NCBI GenBank assembly: GCA_030704615.1
Contig: CM060734.1
Coordinates: 42,408,001-42,472,000 of the forward strand
Source: Takakia lepidozioides
Lineage: Eukaryota > Plantae > Bryophyta
Length of the DNA: 64,000 bases
Direction: 5' to 3'
Below, in pieces: positions 39,171 to 49,231 of the stretch. Numbering within the stretch: position 1 is the stretch's first letter; each line of letters begins with the position of its first letter. The position numbers and the translations under genes were made by a program. The notes under the pieces are model-generated. The model was not told the DNA's origin and made no database searches. It saw only the letters and a program-made list of their open reading frames with translations.

Positions 39171-42100
39171 ATGGGCAGCACAAGCAAGCCGAAGCTCACA
39201 AAACGCCAGCCTTCTCTCTCCTCTCCTCCAAACCCAGCCTCTGACACCATAGATTCGGGGAAGAAGATAGGAGGGCAGGGAGAGGGGGCGCGCACAGTCA
39301 TAGCGGGCGATGCCAGCGCCAGTTGCAGTGAGACAGACGCTCGCCGATTTGCCAGTGATGAAGGCTCTGACTACGATTCTGAGTCTCCCGACATCGTCGT
39401 TGAAGGTATGTCTTCATTTGAGTTTTTGTACACATGAACCTTTCTTTTGCTTTTGGCTCTAAGAACCTTGAGTTAGTATTACATTGCGTTGCAAATTATT
39501 GATCTGAATGCAGAATCTTATCTGTGGCTTGATTCTTATAGCTTGTACAGTTTGCATGAGCTTTTTCCGATGTTCGTAAGACTAGAGAGCAAACGATACC
39601 CTGTGGTCACCAACTTGTTTGCATTATCTTGCTCCTCAGTATTTGCATGACTGAAGACTCAGTTCTTGGTTCTTTTTTTTCCTTCACACATACTTGGAGT
39701 CAGTACCTCTGGATATGCTTGAGTATGTCAGAGGTTAAAGCCAGATAGAAGCTTTGCCTTGAATTCCATCGTCTTGGAGAGAGTCTTCTTGGGAGAATCT
39801 GTCTGCTGCATGTTATGAGTTTTATAACGTAGCTTTGTCTATATGTAGGTGTTTTAGTAGGTTATAGCTGTTGTGCATGTGTGTCTAATCCTCAGAAACT
39901 TTAGGTAATGACAACTCCCATTGCATCTTTGGTAGCTTTGCCCTGGGAGGCAGTTATAATCTTGCATATGGTGAAACTTGTTCTATCATTGACAGTTAAT
40001 TTTAAATGTCCAGTATCTTGTTCACTTGAAGCGGCACTACTGACAGATCTTTGAACACCTCCCAGATGAATTCACAGCAGGTGCTAAAGAAGACGAAATT
40101 CTGAAAAAGGCGGATGCATTAACTCTGGAGGTAGTAGTACGAAGGCGGGCACGCCGAGTCCGGCAGCTGATGAAGCTCTATAAAGCTCAATATTGGGGCC
40201 TTCTAGAAGAGATGAGGTCCAAGTACCGTCGGTTTTACCTCCGGCATGGCAAGAGCGGATGGCGTGATGATATTGAGGGTGGGGAAAAACTGAGAGGGGA
40301 TGATGGTGAGCCTGTAGGGAGGGAGAGAGAGGGGGCAGCTCCAGCTACTGCAGAGGGAGGGATGAAGGAGCCACATGCCCCAGAGAAGGCAGGAACTGAG
40401 AGTTTACGTTGTGGGGCTCAGGGCTGCTCAGCGAAGCCCTTGCCTTTGAGTGTGTTCTGCTTCGCACACATTCTGCTGGAGCCCCGGCAGCGGCTGTACA
40501 GACCTTGCTCCTATGTCATTCGCAGGTTCTCTCTCTCTTTGTCTTTCTTTCTCTTTCATATCCCTGCCCTCTAGGAAGCCTATCGCCATTGGGTGGACTT
40601 GATATGGGAGTAGATAAAGGTCTCTGTGACTAAATGCCGGACTTGGGACCTCGTGTCTTTTTTTGTTTTGACCTGAAGTATTCTGCTTCGGGTGAGGTAG
40701 TACGTTGGATTCAGTTGGAGAGTTTGGGGCCTCTCCCTCTTTAGAATTTCTCTACTCGGGCCATTCCCTGCAGCTCCTTTGGAGTGGTGATCTCTGAATA
40801 GGAACAAGCAGATCCCTACTGCTTGGGGGCAGGCCCTCCGCCCAAAATGGGCAGTTGCATACTCTGTCTAGCATGCTCGGCATTTGGGCTAGTTGTGCTT
40901 AAACTTATAGCCTGCGAGACCTATCAATTACACATGTCACACTGACAACATCACTCCTCAGGGTGATTCCTGGGAAATGGTTACTTATGCCAAATCTAGG
41001 GCTTCGTGTGCAGTTTTTGGGGTGAATCCCAGGATGGACGATGTGTCCTTTAAAACTACCTGCTCCAGCTTAGGCTTGGATTATGTGGCCAATGGCTCCA
41101 TCTTGAGACTTGATAACAGAGGTACTCTGAAGGTTTCAATGTCTAAAAACACTACAAATATAGTCTCACATCAAATCAATTTAGAGGTTCGTCCCTTGAC
41201 AGGCTGGAGAGCGGTCTTAGACAGGATTGCTCCTGGACGACCAACCGATCTGCAAAGGGGGGTCAATTCCTCCGTGTGTAGATTTTGTGTTAACTTTGAG
41301 GATTGGCAAACCATTCAGTTTACAATATCCTTCAGTCACACAACGCTCAGACTCCGCAATATATGGTCAGCTAGCCTGTCTGGCTGCTTGGTATCAACCT
41401 CATCCAGGGCTTCAAACCTGTTAGAAACTTTCAAGTTGAAGTCCCCACCCTTGGCTGTCTTCCTAGAGTGCACAGCAAACAATCCTGAAGCAAAAGTCTG
41501 GCTTGCAGCTGGGCTCTTTCAACTTCTCGGGGCTGACCAACCAAAGGAAACAATTTGAAGTGGGACAAGTTCTTCAGGCAAATGGTATTCATATCTGTGC
41601 AGGGCAAGAGACGTGGGAAACTTCGGACAAACCGCTGGAGGTGTCAATGGTTCCCCTTCCGCTAGCAAAAGGGGGGTCATTCTCAATCTACACAAGAAAG
41701 GTGACAGAGAAGAGCCCGGGAACTAACTATCGAGGCATCGCGCTTCTCAATGCAGTTGGCAAGAGATTTTGCAGAGTTATAAGTACTTGTCTCGAGGTTG
41801 TTGAGTCTAGAGGTTGTTTCCATGAAGGCCAAGCTGGCTTTCTGCAAAACAGGGGCTGCGTGGATCATATCTTCACTCTAAGCCAGATTATCCAGGGAAG
41901 AAGCAGGGAGACCCACCCCTTGGACAAAAAGGCTAATGACACAGTGTGGAGAGATGGTCTATGGCTCCGACTGTGGTCATCTGGGACCAATGGAAAGATG
42001 TGGAGAGTGGTCCATAACTTGCATGCTCACACCACTTTGTCACTGTTAATGGACAGAAGTCTAACTTCTTTGACATAGACCAAGGTGTAGCTCAAGGATG

Positions 42101-44259
42101 TACCCTCTCCCCTCTGCTCTTCAAAGTTTTCATCAATCAACTTCTCAAGGATGTGGAAAGTGAGCGCAGGCATATGGGAGACTCCATCCAATCTTCAGGA
42201 ATTGATTGATTGCATGAAGAGATACTTACCTTTGGGGGCTAGAGGCTAACGTCAGTAAATGTGCAGTGGTGGCATTCAACTGGCAGTGGGGAAGCCAAGA
42301 GATTCATGTCCTCCCTTTTAACACATACCTTGGCGTTGAGTTTTCCTCCAACTGTAATTGGGAAGCACAGCTACGAAAAGTGATGCAATCTGGCAAGTGC
42401 AAAGCGTTGGGTCTCACGAAACTTTTCCACTGCAGAGGGATCAACTCTGAAGTAAAAAAACCCATGCTTTGCCGCATTATTAGGCCTACCTTGGAGTACG
42501 CATCTGCTGTGTGGGTCGATAACTCCAACCCGGCTAAGTCTCTAGAATCCATTCAAGTGGGGTGCTCAAGGAGTGCATGTCAGCATGCTCGAAAACAGCT
42601 AATGTGGCTGTTTGGGGTGAGTTTGGCATTCCTCCCTTAAGCTCCCGACGTGGGATGAATCCAAGGTCAGATGGTGGGGTCAGCTGCAACCCATGACTAA
42701 TATCAGATATCATAAGTTAATCAACTCTATATCTTGGAATCAGGAGTGCCCTATCAAACAGGCTAAGTCCTAGCGGAAGAGGGTAGAAGGGATTTTCAAG
42801 GATCTCAATCTAAGTCCGCAAGCCATGACCCTGCTGGATAAACTTGACTTAGAGACTGAAGTTTCCAAAGCCATGTCTGTTGCCAGGAAATTATCTGATG
42901 AAAATGAAGGTAGGCAGAAAACTGCCCTGAAACTGTTTCCAGTCTGACATAGGTGACGCCATCATGGATGACCTCAAGGGTTTACCCACTCTCGGCACTT
43001 AGACTGAATTCAAATTCAGGGCGGGCAGCCTACCTTTGAACAGCAAACAGATGCAGAGAGGAATGGGGGATTGTAAGTGCCCGTTGTGTGGGCAACCTGA
43101 AGACAATATCCACTTCCTGATTCATTGTCCTGGGTACTCTCACCAGAGAGACACCCTCTTCAATTCCATCAAGGGAATTGTTCGCGTACCTCTAGTTACC
43201 AACTTTGGAAAGGTCGTGGCTGAGCCAAAAGCCCAGGCCCTTTTGGGGTCAAATATTGGGCAAATCACACACAGCAGATTGATGTTTGTCTGAAGGGATT
43301 TCTAGAGTATATCTGGAAAACTCGGATCAATTGCTTGTCTCAATGTAAGTCATACTACTGACATCAGCCCCTGACAGAGGTAGCTTCTGCCCCTTTGTGT
43401 TCCGCTCAAACTAGGCACAGGGTCAACGGCCACAAGGCTACGGCAAACAGCCTCTTATGAGTACATTCTTTCTCTTTCTCTCCCACTAAAACTCTTAAGT
43501 ATTAAGTATTAAAACAGCATACGAAATCCGCCAGAGCCAGTTGTGGGATTCCTGCCCACACGGGTAAGAAACTCAGCCTAAGATTTACAGAGCACTTTTG
43601 CACAGCCAATGACAGTATAGTCACAGGAAAGTGAGTTTTGATGTATGGGCTTGTTGGGCACCATGCTAGAACATGCAGTGTTTGATTCCAACAGTGTGTT
43701 CGAGCCTCAATTCCCAACATTCTAGCTTTGGACCTACACAAATGTCTGTATAAGATTCCAGTGCGGAGGTTCTATAAAGTTTGTCTCTGGTGGTAAATGC
43801 AGTGGGCAGAATGGAACAGTCACATGTTCAAAGCCAGTACTTCGGGCAGTTGTACCGTCTTTATGTGCAGTCCATTTCCAACAGGCCCAGAAACAGGCGG
43901 CACGTTCATTGCGGAAGGCTGGCCTGGTCTTACCTCCAGGCTCAGCATCCAAACCAACGGCACAGCTGCATTACTACATTGCTGAATACATCCGGATCAT
44001 TCAAAGCAAGCGTCATGCCCTTCGTTTTGCAGCTTTACGAGCCGCAGCATCTGGACCCTCCAGCACAGTGGGTGGAGGGCAGGCAAAAGCTACCAATGGG
44101 TCTGCAGTCATTGTTCCAAAACCTCCTCCAAAGCTGGGCCCTAACACACATCTAAAAAATTCTGGTCTCAAAAGGGAGGGTGTTGGGCATCCTAGCAAGC
44201 CACCTGGGTCCATTGGAGCTGCAGCCACGGCATCTACCGAGATGGTCTCCCGGCCCTAG
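39171..44259 (+). CDS. INO80 complex subunit D / KANSL2-like zf-C3Hc3H protein, about 383 aa; exons 39171-39405, 40066 (or 40078/40081)-40525, 43803-44259
   Basis: RRRARRVRQLMKLYKAQYWGLLEE, CGAQGCSAKPLPLSVFCFAHIL..QRLYRPCSYV, TCSKPVL..PSLCAVH, LHYYIAEYIRIIQSKR; intron phases consistent. Confidence 0.88.
40558..43465 (+). mobile_element. Near full-span LINE (copy B of the CT-associated family) in intron 2 of the INO80D-like gene, with internal deletions
   Basis: 13-bp TSD TTCTTTCTCTTTC (40545-40557 and 43466-43478); APE start (GSFNFSGL..AGQETW), RT close to copy A, YLGV, RPTLEYAS, C-terminal CPLC..HFLIHC; no poly(A). Confidence 0.92.
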
Positions 44260-44672
44260 GCGGCACTTCCCATGCTTTGGATGTAAGTGGCTCATTTCAG
44301 TTTCTTCCAGTGTTAGAAATTTGCTGGGTGTTATCGCAAACAGGGTCAGGCGCGGGTCAATGGGATTCTCCCAAGTAGTGTTGATATTGGTGTCTGTGCA
44401 ATTTCCATAACCCCGTAAAAGTCTGCTATATCTGCCCTAGGCACATCTGGCACCAGACTGTTATGAGTGGGGCACATAGTTGAGCTTGTATTAGACGAAG
44501 TTAGACTCTGGTTCTTTTCACTTACAACCCTGGTGCTCTATTGGGGTGTGGTATCTTACAAAGTGGTGTTGACGTAGGCAGGTCACTGGCAGGCATGGTG
44601 CTGAGGGCGCTCAACTGATTATGCTTTTGTTTTAATCTCCAAGCTCAATTCAGGTTTGGTTGTTTATGGAAT

Positions 44673-44704
<32 letters not shown>

Positions 44705-44707
<3 letters not shown>

Positions 44708-44820
44708 ATACTACTGCTGTCAGCCCCTGACGAAGGTAGTTTCTGTCCCTTAGTGTTCCGCTCAAACTGAGCGCAGGGTCAATGTCCACAAGGCTACGGC
44801 AAACATGTCTTATGAGTATA
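44705..44820 (+). mobile_element. About 116-bp 3'-end fragment of the same LINE family (copy C) inside a (CT)n tract
   Basis: Aligns to 43349-43465; (TC)15 on the left and TTCTCTGTCTCTCTCTC on the right. Confidence 0.9.
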
Positions 44821-45499
44821 TTCTCTGTCTCTCTCTCTTGTGGCTAAGTTTGTGGTAACACCACTCAAGCCTGATCCCATTATTCTGTTGGGATTTTTTC
44901 ACCCAGAACAGAACGGTAAGATGGGAAACAGGGTGACTTTCCCCTAGGTCCTTACCTACAGCAGCTGCCCTATATGGTTAGAAGCCCTGGCCACTCTTCT
45001 TAAATGCGAGCAGGCAAGAGCTGAAGGAGCAGTCACCTTACCACCGAACCATGTGCAAGGTACTCACCCAGGCTCTTTAAACACTCTGAAGTACTGCTTA
45101 GTATGGCAACACACAGAGTGGACACTATGAAGAGCTTACATGGACTTGATGAGCTCTACACTGAATCCATGAATAATTGTGCAAACCAATGGCCTTGTAT
45201 ATGTGCCATTGTTTGAGTATTTGGCTCTAGTAACACGTTCCTTTGGGGAATGAGTGCTTACGGTTGTGAGACCACCACTCCCCCCCCCTGTGGAGCATGG
45301 GCTGAAATAGGCTCTTGCTGTTAGCTGAGTTGTTTACCTACTGCTGGCTGAAATTGCTGAAAGGACCTCCCCTTACCTCTCCTCTATTTGCTAGTATGAC
45401 CTGCTGCAGGAATGACATCAATAACAAGTGTAGAGTGTTTTAAGCCTGGGGTTCCACAGGGATCACTAACCTGGTGGCTTGTTGGTTGGCTGTGATGGA

Positions 45500-45947
45500 T
45501 CCAGGTGAGGCCAATTCACCTTCTTTGTTGCAGCTACTAAGCCCAGAGACTAAGGGAGCGAGGCTTTGACCTCTCTCAAACCTCAAATCTATTTGTATAT
45601 GTTGTTTTTGTACACATTCTGAATGGGTTTGAAGGATCTATGAGCTGGTACCTACCTGGAATGGAGTTGCCTTCATGGAGACACCAGTGCACTTCCTACT
45701 TCTGCCAGGATATGAAAGTGAGGAGGAAAATCTATTTGTGAGAAGCGCCTATCTAGTGTGCATCTGATTGCCACTAAGAACACCAAAAAACTGGTTTTCC
45801 AGTAAGATATGTAAAGGTATGGAGGCAGATCTGGCCAGAGGCAGTTTGATGGTGCCTAAATTAGGCTCTTTGACATACTATGTGGCACAGTCTGGCCCTA
45901 TGGTATATGGTCACAAGGCTAAGGCAATCTATGTCGTATGAGTACAT
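45500..45947 (+). mobile_element. Older related LINE 3' end (copy D); 5' limit uncertain
   Basis: ETPVHFLL..PGY zinc-knuckle remnant near 45680; terminal CACAAGGCTAAGGCAA..TATGAGTACATT followed by CTCTCCCTCC. Confidence 0.7.
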
Positions 45948-46089
45948 TCTCTCCCTCCTTCCTGTATGGCGAAGAGTCTAATGAGCATACGGCTTTCTTA
46001 TAAAGGTTGTTTGAGACATTATGCAATGACAACTTTGAAAGGAGGATGGGATGTTGTTTGTAGCAACTATCATTCTTTGAAGTCAGGAC

Positions 46090-46590
46090 CAACTTGTGAT
46101 TCGTAACTTGTAAGGAACGTCTGGGGAAGGTTAAAGCCCCTGGCCCTGAGGGACTCCCTGTCGATTTTTTTGGTTCCCTTTGGAAAACAATCAGTGATGA
46201 CTTTCGCTTTCTGGCTAATGGAATCATGCCTCCACAGATTCAGATTACCCTCATCCATAAAAAGGGTAATCTTCAACTACCGGCCGTTCGCGCTTTTGCT
46301 ACAAAATCATTGCTAAGGCTCTCGCCATGTGTTTACAAGGTTTGCTACCATACCTCGTAAGGCCAAAGCAAACTGGTTTTATTAAAGGTTGAATGATTCT
46401 CAACAACTTGGTTTTATTTAATGAATCTCTTAGAGTGCTTGAGGCCTCTGTTCACCCTCTGGCTCTGCTAATGCTGGACTTTGAAAAGACCTTTGACAAA
46501 ATCCAGTGGTCTATATTCTTTTACATTCTAGCCAAATTGAATCGTTTATTTCGTGGGTCAGGATATTCTTAACATCTGCCTCCAGCAGGG
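46090..46590 (+). mobile_element. L1-type RT fragment
   Basis: KAPGPEGLPVDFF, ITLIHKKG, YKIIAKAL, QTGFIKG, LDFEKTFDKI. Confidence 0.85.
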
Positions 46591-48302
46591 TTGGTAGGAA
46601 CAGATTTGATAGGGACATAATAAAAAAAAATGCATCTAAAGAAATTATCAAATTCCATTTGGAAATTCTCTGCTAAAAAACCAGCATTGTTTGGATGAAT
46701 TGAGATCTAATGGTCCAATGCCGTTTTCGTTAAATTGTAGGAAGTTAGGCCTGGTCCCAGACGGAGGCAGTAAACCTGTCGTGCACCTAAGCATCGTGCC
46801 ACAACATACATCGCTATCCACCATACATTCTAAGCACACAATCCTAGAAAGTTATGCCACAATGTAATAATGAAAGTGAACACAGGGGAAACACTTCACT
46901 CATGAATCCACTCAATCACATAAACTAAGTCAAGCCAAGGGCACCCTTGCTAAGGGAATCCACCCTACAAAGCCCTCAACACACTGCCTCTTAATACCTA
47001 GAGCATAATGGCGAGATTGAGAAGTTTGAAGCAGCTCATTCGAGTGTCACAGGCAGTGAGGGAAGCTTTGCAGATACTGTGGTTCAATCCATTTGGAGAA
47101 GTGTTCCACCATCACCAGCACATACTTGTTATGGCGAATCGTCAGTGGCAATGGGCCTGCGAAGTCAAGACTCCAACGATAGCCCAAACCCATAATGGGT
47201 AAAGGATGCAATTGTGGAGTAGGGGCGTTGAAAGAAGCCCGCACTCTATCACACACCATGCACCTTCTGAAACTCTGCAGGAGCATTCTTCAGCCCAAAC
47301 GGTAAGAACCGCCATAATTGGTACAAGCAATCATTCCCATGTTGGTCAATCCCCCAGAATGTCGTCTTTTGCTTGTCAACCTCTTTGATTGGCAACTGGT
47401 GGTAACCAGATCGCAAGTCCAATGTATTAAACACCTTTGCATGCCCAATGGCATCAAAGATCTCCTCTGGAGTTAGCATGGCATATCTATCGGACTTAGT
47501 CTAACGGTTCACAGGACGATAGTCCGCACACATCCTTCTTTCTGTCCAATTGCCATAGATATCCTTCTTAGTTGGCATCACCGTTGCCGAGGCATACTCC
47601 CCGCCTGACAACTCCACCAATCCAGCTTCGAACAACTCCATAGTCCGTGACTGGATCAATGACCTCTTCATATCACTATACCGGTAGGGCCTTCGAAAGA
47701 TTGGCGTGTCACTTGCCAAATCAATACGAATCTCCTGACCCTTCAAACTCCCCAAATCCCTCAAACCGAAGGCAAAGCAATTTCTATAAGCCCTTAGAAA
47801 TCGCTGGATCCTCCGTCTCTCTCCTCCGGTGATTGTAGGTCCAACATTTGGTTCCCAATTGTTCTCAATGACTACAACCTTGGGTACACCAGGCTTGGAG
47901 ATAGGAGACGAATCCTTTGGTTGCTAGATAGCAACCTCTTGGACCTTGTCCACCCAATCTGACTGTGGCGTAGCCTCCACTTGCTCCGCCATAGCCACCT
48001 TGAGAACATCCTCAGAGCAAGAAACATTCTCAACCTCTTCAAAAACATTGGCTACTTTGGCCTCAAATTGATCCTCAGTCCATGGCTCTCCCCACTCCTC
48101 ATACTAAAGCTTGAGAGATCCAATGACTCTCTCTTTGCGCATCTCATCCCACATTTGCCATGGGTGTTTACAACCCACGATCATGTGCTCGCCCCCACTC
48201 ACTGCCTCAACCGTCCCAGTTGGCAGGGAGGATGCACCATCCGATGGGAGTGTAGAAGTAGCCATCAATGCTTGCAATCTCCATTGCTCAGCCATGCACA
48301 AG

Positions 48303-49231
48303 CCAATTATCAATGTCAAGCAATTTAGATCCATTGCTTGACCCAACACTTGGCGACGTGATACCTCTGACAGAGCTGGCACATCTGTAGTGCCCGTGGT
48401 AAAACCCATTGCCCGTTCTCGCTCATCCGCATTGGGCTGTAGCACGCTGTCCCAAATCAACCTAGGACCATTGTCTCGAAAAGCATGAGACGAGGGAAAG
48501 CTCATTAACGTAGGCAAGGCTGTACGTGGCTGCCCCACTCGATTGACCACTGCTAGAGGTGGACGGCCATCATGTCACACCCTCTATGGTTGCCTCCCTT
48601 GGTCCAAAATGCCCTCAACCGTGAGATTGGGTGGCCGTTGAATGGAATCATATGCTCTCTTGAGCAGCTCTGGTGGTGCAAGATTGGTCCACCACAATCG
48701 AGGTCGATGCGCGCATAATCCCACCGCTGCTGCATCCAATAGCACCGCCGATCCAATCCAAGACCGCACCTGATGCACACTGGCCATTACCCTGGCCCGA
48801 GAATCCCTCATAAGAGGAATATTCTCCAAGATATAGGCTAGAGGTTGCACTTGCCTCGTCTGCAAGTCCCGTAACACACGCAACATCTCCCAAAACAAAT
48901 GCAATCGTGCATCATGCAAGCCATTCCCATGATGCGGAGAATGTCCTTGGCAAGGCCATCCAGCTATCACCAAGTCAATAGAATCATGCCGGTCCAAATC
49001 ATCCGCCCCCAGCAAGGTAATGTCTGCTGGCCAGGCCTTTTGATACCCTTGAATTGCTAAGAGAGGCAACAACTCAGGATACCGATGTGTGAGCAAAGCG
49101 ATGTGGCGCATAGAAATACGCCGAGCTATCTCATCCTTCTCCACATACAAGTATTTGCGTACTTTAATCCTTGCTTGCAACACTCCTGCAAGCCCAGTGC
49201 TCATGCCTCCAAACAGGTCTAGCAAACAAAT
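48303..49231 (-). pseudogene. DNMT3-like C5 cytosine methyltransferase domain in Gypsy pol, copy 2; all motifs present, two in-frame stops
   Basis: Motif I LDLFGGMSTG, II YVEKD, IV DLVIAGWPCQGHS (PC at 48950-48955), VI ILENIP, VIII AHRPRLWWTNL, IX ERERAMGF..GTTDV, X RRQVLGQAM; same ORF as the protease C-terminal half (48584-49864). Confidence 0.93.

Noticed and set aside
48303-49231. Host DNMT3/DRM gene or bacterial restriction-modification methylase (contamination or HGT island)
   Set aside because: Intronless, in frame with retroelement protease and RT in two copies, motif order is not DRM-permuted, and flanks are plant sequence.
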